Shown piece after piece: positions 46,149 to 56,440 of a DNA stretch of 64,000 bases (within the stretch, counting starts at the first letter, position 1; each line of letters begins with the position of its first letter). The stretch is from the NCBI GenBank assembly GCA_027365105.1, contig DAHXNZ010000001.1, positions 134,851 to 198,850 of the forward strand. Direction: 5' to 3'. The stretch comes from Thermoplasmata archaeon (GTDB taxonomy: Archaea; Thermoplasmatota; Thermoplasmata; Lutacidiplasmatales; UBA184). The notes beneath the pieces are model-generated. The model saw only the letters and a program-made list of their open reading frames with translations. It did not search any database and was not told the DNA's origin. Made by a program: the position numbers and the translations under genes.

Positions 46149-46836
46149 TCCTTCGGTCTATATATCGCGTGCCCGGAGGAGCCGCCGGGTCGGTGGCCGG
46201 GGCGGCCGATTCGACCGCGCCTCCGGGGTCCGCTCGGTCGGGCCGGCCCCGGAACCCCAGGCCGAGGACGTACATCTCGGAGGAGGCCTCTCGGGAAGCG
46301 GGCGGCTTCGTGCGCTGCCAGCGACGGAAGCGCGGGGCGAGTTCGGCTTCGGCAAGGGGCAGGAGGTCGCCGTCGAACACCTTGGCCACGAACGATCCGC
46401 CGGGCCGGAGGAGTTCGACCGCCCAAGCCCCGGCGGCTCGCACCAGGTCGACACTCCGCGCGTGATCGGTCGCGTACGCCCCGCTGATGCGGGGCGACAT
46501 GTCGGAAAGGACGGTATGGAACCGGTCGTCGTTCAGTCGTTCGCCCAGGTTCGGCGATTCGATCCGCATCCTCAGGTGGGTCACCCCGGGAATGGGGTCC
46601 ATCGGCCGGGGGTCGACCGCGACCACCGCCCCGCGGTCCCCCACGTAGCGCCGGGCGATCAGACTCCATCCGCCGGGAGCGGCGCCGAATTCGAGGACCC
46701 GGAAGCCGGGGCGCAGGATCGGGTATCGGTCGGCGAGATGATCGAGCTTGAACGCGGCCCGGGACCTCAGTCCCTCCCGCTGGGCCGCCCGGTAGTAGCG
46801 ATCCGACCGCCGCTCCGCGACGAACCGACGTCCCAT
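46126..46836 (-). CDS. rlmE: Ribosomal RNA large subunit methyltransferase E (RrmJ/FtsJ)
   Basis: ATG at 46836 gives MGRRFVAERRSDRYYRAAQREGLRSRAAFKLDHLADRYPILRPGFRVLEFGAAPGGWS...VLSDMSP...AKVF, the FtsJ K-D-K-E fold. The track ORF has 167 junk codons. Confidence 0.85.
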   Translation of the reverse strand: MGRRFVAERRSDRYYRAAQREGLRSRAAFKLDHLADRYPILRPGFRVLEFGAAPGGWSLIARRYVGDRGAVVAVDPRPMDPIPGVTHLRMRIESPNLGERLNDDRFHTVLSDMSPRISGAYATDHARSVDLVRAAGAWAVELLRPGGSFVAKVFDGDLLPLAEAELAPRFRRWQRTKPPASREASSEMYVLGLGFRGRPDRADPGGAVESAAPATDPAAPPGTRYIDRRIEPDSLL

Positions 46837-48100
46837 GGCCGGTTCATCGCGCGGCGGCAGATGAAGCGAACGCCCACCGGCCCTCGGCCGCCCCCGGCCG
46901 GATCGAGGAACGTGACGTCGAGTCTCCGGGTCGCGGTGCACCCGTTGAAGGAGTCGGGGATCGAGCCGAGGGCCCGGGCTGCGCCGCGGGACCGGATTCG
47001 TCGCGGCCCGGTCCAGCGGAGAACAGGCCCAGGGTCGGGAGCAGGAGGGACCGCTCGACCGCCGAGAGCAAGGTGCGGGCGAAGGCGACACCGAGTCCAA
47101 GGCGGGCGGGCCCGGAGCGGGGGGTGAGCGAAATCGCAGCGAACGGAAGGCGAGGAGGACACCCACCCAGTCGAAGCAACGGGTCCGGGAGGTGCTCGGA
47201 ACACCGGGGTGAGACGGGTCGGGACCGACTGGGGGTTCACGGGGACCGAATCGGGGCTGGCGGATGAGGGGGAAGTACCGGGAGCAGTTCGTGAAGGGGA
47301 ACGCGGACGGCGAGATGCCAGCGGAGCCGAGGCTCAAACTGTTGATCTGATGTAAGTGGGACGGCGCGGTGGCCGAGCCGAGGAAGGGTGGGACGAATGT
47401 GTGGATCGATCCCGTGACGCCGAACGGACCGACCGGCTCGGATCCGGGAATGGCGTCGGCAGGACTCTGACCCCGGACTCGGGCTCAACGACGGCCGGAG
47501 CCCCCTGGGCCCCCGGCCGCCTCGAACCTTCGAAAGAATATCGGGGGGTCGAGCCCGCCAAGCGGCCCGGAACTGATCGAGAGCAGGTCGTGGACACGGT
47601 GGGCAGTACCTGCTTCATTCCTAGGCTGATGGCGCGGCGGAGTCAAGTCCATGCGGCGGAACCAAGCCTTCCAGAGGGGAAGGCGCAATCCAGGAGCTCG
47701 AACCCGTTCACCGGAGAGTACCGGCGGCACCGGGGCGCACTCCGGGGAGTTACATCCGAGGTGGGCGGCCCGAGATCGGCCTCCGGGCAGGGCGCCTGTT
47801 TCGGGGCCTTCGTACCCTCGGACAAAGAGGAGCCCCCGGCGTCCGTCGATGTCAGGTCAACGGCCCTGAGTTCCCGGTCGACCGCGTACCCTTCGGGGCC
47901 GGCTCCTCGGAGTCGGCTTCGCAGCGGGACGTAGTTCGGCCATGCCGACAGGATCTGAGGGGGACCCGTACGGGTTCAGTTCCTTCCGAACCGCCGCGAG
48001 CCGCCGTCCGGCCAGTGCCGGTTGGACTCTCTGTGATGGCGTGTTCGGACGGCGTGCTGACCCCACTCGCATCTGCCCGGGCCGCCGGGCGACTCATTGG

Positions 48101-48565
48101 TCACGGGCGGCCGTACGTTCCCAGGTACTGGGCCGACTCGATCGCCCGTTCTCGGGCCAGCGACTCCGCCCGGCTGGCTGTCAGCCCCGGCTCCGCTCCG
48201 AGGGGTTCACGCAATGCATAGAGACGGAAGTAGTACCGATGGGGCTTTCCGGGGGGCGGGGAGGGCCCTCCGTAGCCGTAGTTCTTCCAGCTATTCTTTC
48301 CGTGGCGACTCCCATCGGGAAGCTCAGCCTCGGCCGCGATTCCTTCCGGCAGCCCGCTCGCCGTCCCGGGGATGTCGTACAGGACCCAGTGGACCCAGGT
48401 CCCGACCGGTGCATCGGGGTCGTCGCAGATCAGGGCGAACGCCACCGTTCCCGGCGGGGCTCCGGTGAACTCGAACGCCGGCGAGAGGTCGGGGCCGTCC
48501 GCGGTGTGCCTCGTCGGAATGCGTTCTCCGTTTCTCCACGCGGTCGTCTGTAGGCCGAGAGACAT
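48101..48565 (-). CDS. PEBP/YbhB-YbcL-family protein (Raf-kinase-inhibitor-like)
   Basis: ATG at 48565 gives MSLGLQTT...ALICDDPDAPVGTWVHWVLYDIP...GYGGPSPPPGKPHRYYFRLYAL: the DPDAP, HW and HRY motifs of PEBP. Confidence 0.8.
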   Translation of the reverse strand: MSLGLQTTAWRNGERIPTRHTADGPDLSPAFEFTGAPPGTVAFALICDDPDAPVGTWVHWVLYDIPGTASGLPEGIAAEAELPDGSRHGKNSWKNYGYGGPSPPPGKPHRYYFRLYALREPLGAEPGLTASRAESLARERAIESAQYLGTYGRP

Positions 48566-49053
48566 CGTTCCTCCACGGGCCCCGCCGCGCGGGACCGCAA
48601 TCCTCCAAGCCCTCGGGGCTAGATGAATGGTGCGCCGACGGGGAATGCCATTGGCGGAGTGCCTCCGGGACGGCGCGACGTCCTGCCGCCACGGGTTTCC
48701 CGCAGGGCGGAGGACACTGGGGCGCGTGGAGCGAGTGGAGATGGCTCTGGGGGCCGAGCATCGCATCTGGCACCTGAACCTGCTGAAGCACACCCGGGAG
48801 ACCCTGAAGAAGATTGGATAGGGTCGGCTCCTCGAGGAGAAGCTCCTCCGCCCCGGGACGGAACCCCGCGCTCCGTCGACATGAGCTCTATCCTTCAACC
48901 GGTCCCCTCGGCCCGCTCCGGCCCTTGCCTCTGCCTCAAGGCCGGCGCAGTGGGTATCCAAGCTCGATATCCAGGTACCGCGACTCCGCCGACCAAGCTC
49001 GAGCCGACTGCCCCAGCGTCCGGACGGACCGACCCCAGGACCTGGCCTTCGAT

Positions 49054-49560
49054 TCAGGGCGGAAGCACCCCGTCCGTCGATCTTGCTCGGGTCTGCCAGG
49101 CCTTCCACGCCATCTCCGTCTGTCGAACGGCCTCGGCGCTGAGGGTGAGGCGTCCCCGTTCCGGTGTTCCAGCCACGGCGACCGAGGGCGTGCTGCGCCC
49201 GTGGTAACTTAGTCTGCCGAAGGCTAGGAGCCGGGGCTGGCGTACCGCTCCTACCCTGTCCCAGGAGATGGACAGCTCACGGAGGGCGGTTCCCTTCGAG
49301 CCCCGGAGGGGAGGGAGGAGGACCACCATGCCGTCATGGGTCAGATCGAGGGAAACGGGAGTGGTGTCGGCCTCATACAACCGGTCCAAGTACCTTTGCC
49401 AGGCCAGGCCGGGGGCCCAGAGGACGAGCACCCCCAGGATCAGGCCAAAGGCCCACCAAGGGAGGATGCTTTCTGGGACTGTGAAAGGCGGCAAACCAAT
49501 GACGACATAACCCACAAGAACGCCGAGTCCAAGGTCAACGGGGAGCGTCATCAATGCCAT
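49054..49560 (-). CDS. Membrane protein with two N-terminal TM helices and a bacterial-PH-like domain (YdbS/DUF304-like)
   Basis: ATG at 49560 gives MALMTLPVDLGLGVLVGYVVIGLPPF...WWAFGLILGVLVLWAPGLAWQRYLDRLYEA, followed by a beta-rich domain (DGMVVLLPPLRGSKGTALRELSISWDRV). Confidence 0.55.
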   Translation of the reverse strand: MALMTLPVDLGLGVLVGYVVIGLPPFTVPESILPWWAFGLILGVLVLWAPGLAWQRYLDRLYEADTTPVSLDLTHDGMVVLLPPLRGSKGTALRELSISWDRVGAVRQPRLLAFGRLSYHGRSTPSVAVAGTPERGRLTLSAEAVRQTEMAWKAWQTRARSTDGVLPP

Positions 49561-49646
49561 GGCAATAAAATGCCTCCTCCGCTCCAATCGAAGGTCGTTC
49601 TGGATTCGGGGCACCCGGCCCCGGACGTCGGCCACCTATTTCTGTC

Positions 49647-51324
49647 TTGAGGCGAGCGGGTCCTGATGGCGAGCGAATCGAGGCTCGAGATTCGACCGGG
49701 GAGGTGCGTGCCGTCCTCAACTCCCCGATGGCAGGCGGCCATCTTAGGCAGGAGACGTGGGAGATCTCTCTGCTTGTGCCGCTCGGCGAGGTAGGTGCCT
49801 CGAATGTTCTGCCGCCCGTCCCATCCTCCTACTCGACGATGGGAGACGCGCCGACGATGGGTTGGAACCGGGTCTCGGCGGAGACGGGGCTGACTCCACC
49901 CTCCCCTTTGCCCGGCCACAGTACCGCCAGGCTGTTCGGCGGGATAGCTCCAAAGATCGTGCGGGCGGCGTTGGCCGTTCCCGCTGACCGGTACTCGTTC
50001 AACGAACCATCGATTCTCGGAGCGACTGTCGGCACGGAAGAAAACCCGATACCATGGAAGAGCGAGGCGCGGGTTCGAGAGAAGGCCGAGGTGGGGGGGG
50101 GTGGAGCACGAACTCGGCCTGAGGTTCTCACCACCGCCGCAAACGACGGTGCGGTGGTCGAGGTGAACGTCAAACGGCGCGACGGGGAGATGGAAGTATG
50201 CGGCCTCGACGCGGAGGAGACCTTCGAGGAAGACGGGATGAATGTCGAGGAGGCAGGAGAGCCATGCCGTCCGCCCCTTGGCGCGGTAATCACGAGCGGG
50301 GCGCACCGGCTCCTTGCGCTCTTCGACGTGGCCGCGGCACAACACGAGGCCCAAGTCGTTGACTGCGCCACAGGCTCGGTGTTCGTCAGTCCATCGTGGG
50401 CCGCGCCCGAGATTGCAAAGGAGTGGGACGCGCTCAACCCCTACTCGGTTTCGATCCCACCTCAACGACGAAACCGAGGACACGGCGCCGAAGAAGGGCG
50501 ACCCGACAGGGTCGCCCGACACTCACCCTCGGTTCTTCGGGCTGCTCTTGAAGCCATGCTGCCAGTTTGCTCGCGACCGCTACGGCCGCCCTGTCGTGTT
50601 CAAGAAGGAAGCCTCGGACCACGGACTCGGAATGTTTCAGGTCCCCGAGGACCGCGAGAAGTTCGCGAAGCGCGTTTAGGAGCGGTTGATTCGAGCAAGG
50701 GGCGACGGCGAGGAGGACTTCGGCGATCTCGCCTACCTCCCCGCGACCGCGCAGTTCGGGCTGACGACTCCCGCGCTGCTCCCGCGAGTTCGCAGCATCG
50801 AGGGGATGCGGCCGTTCAATTTCCTGACGATAGCCTACCGCGACCCCGCCGCTCTGCCTAAGGGCGCGGAGACGTTCAAACTGCTGCCGTTCCACTCACC
50901 GAAGGACGCCGCGTGGCTTCCGCTCGCCGAAAGGGACGGCGCGAAGACATGGGCGCACATCGTCGACGGATACGCCGACCACCGCGACCGAAAGAGTCGC
51001 CTCGGCCCCGACGGGCGAATCGTTTCCCGCGCGGTCCTCGTTCGGAAGTCGCCCCTCGTCGGTCTCGGCAAGGAAGGGACGAAGCTCGCGGCCCGAGTCA
51101 AGCTCGGCCGCGCCGCTGAGGCCGCTCCCTCGGTCTTTGTGGATTGGAAGCGCCGCCTCCTCGGGATGGGAAGGGCGGAGGCCCGTCGGCTGGGGCTACC
51201 CTATCGACGGGTCAAGGAGTGGAAGGCGCGCGTGCGGGCAGGGGACGAACTTCGAGGGGATGCGCTTCGTAGGCTGAAGGCGGCGATCTTGGCGGGGGGT
51301 GGGGCTAGTTTCGGACCTCCGTAA
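49647..51324 (+). pseudogene. Degraded ORF series of unknown function (frameshifts plus an in-frame TAG); possible integrated-element remnant next to tRNA-Pro
   Basis: Protein-like signal moves from one frame (49647-~50450) to another (50314-50679), then crosses an in-frame TAG at 50677 into the 50686-51324 ORF. A G10 homopolymer sits at 50092-50101. GC is visibly lower than in the flanks. No recognisable domain. Confidence 0.4.
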
Positions 51325-51342
51325 TATGGCACGGGTGGCCGG

Positions 51343-51417
51343 TGGGGCCGTCCGAATTTGAATCGGAGTCTCTTGCACCCCAAGCAAGAAGGATGGTCCA
51401 AGCTACCCCACGGCCCC
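51343..51417 (-). tRNA. tRNA-Pro (anticodon GGG)
   Basis: Hand-folded minus-strand sequence GGGGCCGUGGGGUAGCUUGGACCAUCCUUCUUGCUUGGGGUGCAAGAGACUCCGAUUCAAAUUCGGACGGCCCC plus discriminator A. Perfect 7-bp acceptor stem (GGGGCCG/CGGCCCC), 5-bp T stem (UCCGA/UCGGA) with T loop UUCAAAU, 5-6 bp anticodon stem (CUUGC/GCAAG) with loop UUGGGGU. The D arm is somewhat irregular. No encoded CCA. Confidence 0.7.
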
Positions 51418-51478
51418 GTTCTCACCGGCGAAGGCGGCGGACGGTCGCCCCAGAGATAAGGTTGCTCGGTGCCGACGC

Positions 51479-51652
51479 CTACGGATGGATGATGAAGTAG
51501 GCCACCGTGCCGGCCACCCCGATGATCGCGCTCCCCAAGATCGAGAACCAGAAGAACGCCCAGAGTTCGGCGCGGCCCTCCTCCGGGGTCATCTCGGCGG
51601 GAGGGGTGGCGCCTCCCGGAGTCGGCGTGTAGGGAGTTCGGTAGCCGGACAT
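51479..51652 (-). CDS. Small membrane protein (57 aa, one TM)
   Basis: MSGYRTPYTPTPGGATPPAEMTPEEGRAELWAFFWFSILGSAIIGVAGTVAYFIIHP, the in-frame tail of spurious ORF 51479..52201. Last gene of the minus-strand respiratory cluster. Confidence 0.4.
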   Translation of the reverse strand: MSGYRTPYTPTPGGATPPAEMTPEEGRAELWAFFWFSILGSAIIGVAGTVAYFIIHP

Positions 51653-51702
51653 CCCAGGTCGAGTGCCGTCCCCCTCTTTAACGCCCCGGTCCGTACCCGA
51701 AC

Positions 51703-52416
51703 TCAGGCAGCGAACCACGGGAGCCGGGCCGCCGGTCCGGTCGCCTTGAGAACCAGGAGGTGGAGGTTGGCCCCGCCGTCGTTCGGCGCCCAGGAGTCCC
51801 GGAGCGCCATCTGATAGAGGAGGAAGAGCGCCTCCTCGTCGTTCGATACGCCGAGCGAGCGGGGTACGTCGATGGCGAACCGGCGGCGCAGGTGGTCGAG
51901 CATCTCCTCGAAATCGACCGGGTGGCTTTCCTCCGAGGCCATCGACCGACGGAACAGACCGACCACCACTCCGGTCGCGACCCGCAGGACCTCCGGCCGG
52001 GAGACCGTCCGCAGATACCAGTGAGGGGGGGCCGTACCCTTCGGCCGATCGGGCACCACGAGAATCGGAGGCGCCCCGGGGTGGGGGGTCTCGCCGGTCT
52101 CGGTGAGCCGGGCGATCGCCGTCTCGGCGAGCCGGTCCGACGGGACCACCAGGATGCCTTCGGGAAGCGACGGCCGGAGGCTCCGCACATGGGTGATCCA
52201 TGCCTCGAGGCCGGCATCGGTCGGGGTTCCTTCGACCGGGGTGACGAAGACCGGCTGCACCCGGCTGGGGGTGCGGGTTTCGGCCACCCAGAAGGTGGGC
52301 TCCACCCGGCGCCGCCGACGGTCGGGAGCCGCCCGGCTGAACCCGAGCCTTCGAAGAACGCTCTCGGCCTCCCGGATCAGGACGGGAGGAGTCTCGGACC
52401 GATCGTTGGATGCCAT
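51703..52416 (-). CDS. Hypothetical protein (237 aa) downstream of heme O synthase
   Basis: Soluble, protein-like composition. Co-oriented and closely spaced with ctaB. No recognisable motif. Confidence 0.5.
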   Translation of the reverse strand: MASNDRSETPPVLIREAESVLRRLGFSRAAPDRRRRRVEPTFWVAETRTPSRVQPVFVTPVEGTPTDAGLEAWITHVRSLRPSLPEGILVVPSDRLAETAIARLTETGETPHPGAPPILVVPDRPKGTAPPHWYLRTVSRPEVLRVATGVVVGLFRRSMASEESHPVDFEEMLDHLRRRFAIDVPRSLGVSNDEEALFLLYQMALRDSWAPNDGGANLHLLVLKATGPAARLPWFAA

Positions 52417-52484
52417 CGGCCCTCTCTAGCCTTGGACGCGAGATAACCTAGCGGTATTCGAAAGGCCACTGGGGCGGTCGCTCC

Positions 52485-53417
52485 CTACCAGAACCGCGCG
52501 ACGCCGAAGCTCACCAGGGCGAAGTTCACCAGGCAGGCCGCGATGACGAGCAGGAGGTACGGCCCCGAGTAGATGAATCCACGCCGGGCCGTCGCCGGGG
52601 TCACCTTCCGCAGGAGGGGCCAGGTGAGGACGACGAAGATTGCGCCGAAGACCAGGAGCCCGACGAGGACCGACGCCGTCAGGACCCCCGTGAGGCCCAC
52701 CAGGATCGCCGCCGGGACGAGCAGCGCCGCCGACACGACGATCACCCGGCCGGAGTAGGCCAGATCCTCCATCTTCGGAAGCATCGGAAGCCCGGCCCGG
52801 GCATAATCCTCCCGGAGAAGCACGGCGAGGCTCCAGAAGTGGGGGGGGGTCCAGAGGAAGACCAGCAACGCCAGCGCGAGGGCGCCGCCCGTCCAGTGGC
52901 CGACCGCGGCGGCGCTCCCGGCGAGGACCGGGGCGCTCCCGGCAAATCCTCCGATCACGATGTTCCAGCTCGACCGCCGCTTGAGCCAGATCGTGTAGAC
53001 CACGACGTACGTCACCCCGCCGAGAAGAATCGAGAGACCCGTCAGCGGATTGATCCCGATCGTGGCCCCCACGATCCCCCCACCGAGCAGGAGGCCGCCG
53101 GCGAGGGCGACGCCCCGTGCCGAAGTCCGCTCCTCTTCCGCGAGCGGGCGGTGTCGGGTCCGGCGCATCTGCCGGTCCAGGTCCCGGTCGAAGTAGTGGT
53201 TGAGCACGGCGGCCCCTCCGGACGCGGCCGCGCCGGTCACGATGAGCAGGGCCAGGGTGATCCAATCGATCCGGGACGGGAGCGCGATGAAGTAGCCGGC
53301 GACCGCCACCAGAACGATCAACAACGTGATCCCGGGCTTGGTCAGCGAGAGGTACCCCCGCCACGGACCGGCTCCGCCCGGGGAGGCCACGGCTTGCGGG
53401 GGAGGGAAGGTCGCCAT
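52485..53417 (-). CDS. ctaB: Protoheme IX farnesyltransferase (heme O synthase, UbiA family)
   Basis: UbiA motif NHYFDRDLDRQMRRTRHRP and 8-9 TM helices. 310 aa. Confidence 0.85.
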   Translation of the reverse strand: MATFPPPQAVASPGGAGPWRGYLSLTKPGITLLIVLVAVAGYFIALPSRIDWITLALLIVTGAAASGGAAVLNHYFDRDLDRQMRRTRHRPLAEEERTSARGVALAGGLLLGGGIVGATIGINPLTGLSILLGGVTYVVVYTIWLKRRSSWNIVIGGFAGSAPVLAGSAAAVGHWTGGALALALLVFLWTPPHFWSLAVLLREDYARAGLPMLPKMEDLAYSGRVIVVSAALLVPAAILVGLTGVLTASVLVGLLVFGAIFVVLTWPLLRKVTPATARRGFIYSGPYLLLVIAACLVNFALVSFGVARFW

Positions 53418-53441
53418 GGCCGGGTCGGGCTGCGGTTGGCC

Positions 53442-54035
53442 TTAGCTTCCCCGGGGGAGGTCGGTCGCCCCTCGGTCCGCGACCGGTCGGGCCCCGGGTT
53501 CCCCCCGCGCCCGCGTCGGTCGCGGAGCATCGGGTTCCGAGGCCCGGCGGATCCAGGCCCGCCAACGGGGAGGCACATGGTTCAGATTGGCGAGGATCGC
53601 CAAGGTGAGGATCAGTCCGAACAGCAGGGTCGCCATCCCGAGGTGGGCGATCACCACGAGCACCGCCAGGTCGGAGTCGACGACCAGGCCGCCGAGGAAC
53701 ACCTGGGCGAGGACCAGGACCGCCGAGACGACGCTGAGCTTGAGGAGCGCCGGGCGAGAGCGCTCGTAGACCAGGGCGAGCGCGGTGAAGATCGCGACGC
53801 TGAGTCCGAGGATGAACGCCGAGAGTCGGTGGCTCCACTCGATGACCACGCCCCCGGTCAACGCCGGCAACCAGCTCCCGTTGGTGAAGCAGGTCGGCCA
53901 GTTGGGGCAGGCGAGCCCCGAATTCGAAGCCGCCACATTGCCGCCCAGTAGGATCGTGGTGTAGGTCAGGATCAGGGCGGCGACGACCGAATAGCGGAAC
54001 CAATCGTGACCGCGCATGCCCGCCCTTCCCATCAC
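53442..54035 (-). CDS. ctaA: Heme A synthase (short, type-2 CtaA/COX15)
   Basis: [10 protein letters not shown] cysteine-pair loop (compare B. subtilis GCPDWPLC), His-containing helices (EWSHRL, IAHLG). ~4-5 TM, 197 aa. 4-nt overlap with the coxA stop. Confidence 0.75.
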   Translation of the reverse strand: MMGRAGMRGHDWFRYSVVAALILTYTTILLGGNVAASNSGLACPNWPTCFTNGSWLPALTGGVVIEWSHRLSAFILGLSVAIFTALALVYERSRPALLKLSVVSAVLVLAQVFLGGLVVDSDLAVLVVIAHLGMATLLFGLILTLAILANLNHVPPRWRAWIRRASEPDAPRPTRARGEPGARPVADRGATDLPRGS

Positions 54036-55726
54036 CCGGGCATCTCGGTCTGGGCCGAAACCGCCGGGGTCGGGCCATGGGCGGGGGTCGGCGACGGCAA
54101 CGGGGCCTGGCCGGTCATCTGGCTCGGTAGGGGTTCACCCCACGGGTCGTCGGTCTGCACCGGAGCGCCGGCAAAGTAGCTGTACACCATGTTGTAGACG
54201 AAGACCAACTGACCGATCGCGAAAATGTAGGCGCCGAGCGTGGAGAGGAAGTTGAGCGCCTGGAAGTTGCCGACCCACAGGTAGGTGTACACCCGCCGGG
54301 GCATCCCCTCGGCACCCAGGAGGAACATCGGGAAGAGCAGGACGTTCACCCCGACGTAGGTCAGGAGGAAGTGGACCTGGCCGAGCCGCTGGCTGTACCA
54401 CCGGCGGGTGAGCACCGGGAAGTAGAAGTAGATCGCCGCAAAGATCGCCATCAGGGTCCCGCCGAGCAGAATGTAATGGAAATGGGCGACCACGAAGTAC
54501 GTGCCGTGGTAGAGGTAGTCGACCGGGATGCTGGCGAGGTAGAGCCCCGAGAGCCCCCCGATGACGAAGCCGGTGATGAACGCCACGCAGAACCACATCG
54601 GGACCGCCATCCAGATCCGGCCGCCCCAGAGCGTGGCCACCCAGTTGAAGGTCTTGACGGCCGACGGGACCGCGATCGCCATCGTGGTGAGCATGAAGAC
54701 GAACCGGATGTTCTCGTTGATCCCGGTCACGAACATGTGGTGTTCCCAGACGGCAAAGCTGAGCACCGCGAAGACCCCGATCGCGATCGCCATCGCGGCA
54801 TAGCCGAAGATGTCCTTGCGGGCCAGTTTCGGGATGATCGTCGAGATGATCCCGAAGGCCGGCAAGACCATGATGTAGACTTCAGGGTGGGCGAAGAACC
54901 AGAACAGGTTCTGGTAGAGTAACGCCCCACCGAGCGGCGTGCCGTTGATCGAGGCCAGGATCGAGGTCCCAAAGCTCCGGTCGGAGAGCACGAAGGTGAG
55001 CGCAATGGAGAGCGACGGCATCGCGAAGATGATCAACACCGAATTGACCAGGATGGTCCAGACGAAGAGGGGCATGTTCCAGTACTCGACGCCCTTCGCC
55101 CGGTGCTTCAGGATGGTCACGATGAAATTGACCGATCCGAGGATGCTCGAGATCGTCAGGATATGCAGCCCCAGGATCCAGAGATCGATCCCGTTGCCCG
55201 GGGCGAGCACGGAGAGCGGGACATAGCCGGTCCAGCCCGCGTTGGCGTTGGACAGGATGATCAGGATGCCCGCGGGCCACAGCATCCAGTAGGCGATGGC
55301 GTTGATCCGGGGGAGCGCCATCTCCCGCGCCCCGATCATCGATGGCACGAGGAAGTTGCCGAATCCCGCCAGCGCCGGCATGATGAACATGAAGATCATC
55401 AGCACGCCGTGGATGGTGAACAGGGTCGAGTAGACCTGGGGAGTGACGCCGAGGGTCGTCTGGGCATCGAGGCCCAATCCCTGGATGAATCCCAGGTCGG
55501 TCCGGATCAGCATCGCGTAAATGCCGCCGATGAAGAAGAAGATGATCGATGTGACAATGTACATCCATCCGATGCGGCGGTGGTCGGTCGTGAAGAGATA
55601 CTTCTTGATCGTCGTGACGACCCATTCTCCGTGGTAGAAGAGGGCCCAGAGAATGAAACCGGCGACGCCCGCGATCAGCGCGACCTCGGTATAGGCCGAA
55701 AGGAACGGAATTCCGGTGTTTGTCAT
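54032..55726 (-). CDS. coxA: Heme-copper oxidase subunit I
   Basis: ...[23 protein letters not shown]..., CuB and heme His ligands (WEHHMF, HFHYIL), 12+ TM. 564 aa. Confidence 0.9.
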   Translation of the reverse strand: MTNTGIPFLSAYTEVALIAGVAGFILWALFYHGEWVVTTIKKYLFTTDHRRIGWMYIVTSIIFFFIGGIYAMLIRTDLGFIQGLGLDAQTTLGVTPQVYSTLFTIHGVLMIFMFIMPALAGFGNFLVPSMIGAREMALPRINAIAYWMLWPAGILIILSNANAGWTGYVPLSVLAPGNGIDLWILGLHILTISSILGSVNFIVTILKHRAKGVEYWNMPLFVWTILVNSVLIIFAMPSLSIALTFVLSDRSFGTSILASINGTPLGGALLYQNLFWFFAHPEVYIMVLPAFGIISTIIPKLARKDIFGYAAMAIAIGVFAVLSFAVWEHHMFVTGINENIRFVFMLTTMAIAVPSAVKTFNWVATLWGGRIWMAVPMWFCVAFITGFVIGGLSGLYLASIPVDYLYHGTYFVVAHFHYILLGGTLMAIFAAIYFYFPVLTRRWYSQRLGQVHFLLTYVGVNVLLFPMFLLGAEGMPRRVYTYLWVGNFQALNFLSTLGAYIFAIGQLVFVYNMVYSYFAGAPVQTDDPWGEPLPSQMTGQAPLPSPTPAHGPTPAVSAQTEMPG

Positions 55727-55743
55727 GCTCTGCTTCCCCCAAC

Positions 55744-56142
55744 TTACATGAGTAGCCCGGCCAGGATCCAGCCGATCCCGGCGGCCGCCGCCACGACGAC
55801 GATCACCTTGACGAGGAGGATCTGGCTATCGATCGTCAGTGGGCGCGGTGCGCTCGGAATGACATGGCGGCCGAGCGGCCAGACCCGGTACAGCCGGTCG
55901 ATGACGTGGAAGAGCACCGCCGCGAAGATCATCGCCAACGCGACCGCCAGGCCGAACGACTCCTGGCCCCCCGGGGAGCCTAGGCCGGGCCCCGTGAAGC
56001 CCATCCCGATGGTGATGGCGTAGGTCGCGAGGACCGCGATCCCGACCAGGACCAGCCCCACCGTCGCCCCGTAGACCCGGAGTACCCGGATCTGGATCCG
56101 GGCGAACTCGGTCGGCGTGAGGTCGCTCAGGGTCTCACTCAA
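55744..56142 (-). CDS. Hypothetical membrane protein (3-4 TM), possible oxidase accessory subunit
   Basis: 132 aa, hydrophobic. Sits between cyt b and coxA in the same operon. Confidence 0.45.
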   Translation of the reverse strand: MSETLSDLTPTEFARIQIRVLRVYGATVGLVLVGIAVLATYAITIGMGFTGPGLGSPGGQESFGLAVALAMIFAAVLFHVIDRLYRVWPLGRHVIPSAPRPLTIDSQILLVKVIVVVAAAAGIGWILAGLLM

Positions 56143-56440
56143 AGAACTTCACCTCGCGCTGCAGGGTGCCGCGGTAGCGATCGATGCGGTAGAGGATGCC
56201 GGCCATAAATAGGAGAGAGAGCAGCGCGGCCGCAAGGCCGGCCAGGAGGAGCGGGACGTAGAGGACCACCCAGCCCCCCGAAAGGAGAGTCAGCAGCCCG
56301 TAGACGAACAGCGCGGCGCCCGAGGTCCCGACGACCAGGAAGGCGCCGAGGATGAGCCAGAGGACCCCGGTGTTCCAGTGGGGGGTCGGGGCCGCCGGGC
56401 CGGGGGCGGTGCTACTTGCCATACCCCACCCCCGGGGCAC
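56135..56440 (-). CDS. Hypothetical small membrane protein (2 TM)
   Basis: 101 aa. Overlaps the cyt b stop and the next gene's start. Confidence 0.4.
   Translation of the reverse strand: MPRGWGMASSTAPGPAAPTPHWNTGVLWLILGAFLVVGTSGAALFVYGLLTLLSGGWVVLYVPLLLAGLAAALLSLLFMAGILYRIDRYRGTLQREVKFFE

Noticed and set aside
46837-48100. RNase P RNA, SRP RNA or 5S rRNA in the gene-free gap
   Set aside because: Hand-searched both strands for the P4/CR-I, CR-IV and CR-V RNase P motifs, the SRP helix-8 motif and 5S consensus blocks; no convincing match. Kept only as an unassigned ncRNA candidate.
50677-50679. In-frame TAG as a pyrrolysine codon
   Set aside because: No pyl gene context or methylamine-methyltransferase homology. 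The surrounding region is also frameshifted, so nonsense decay is the simpler reading.
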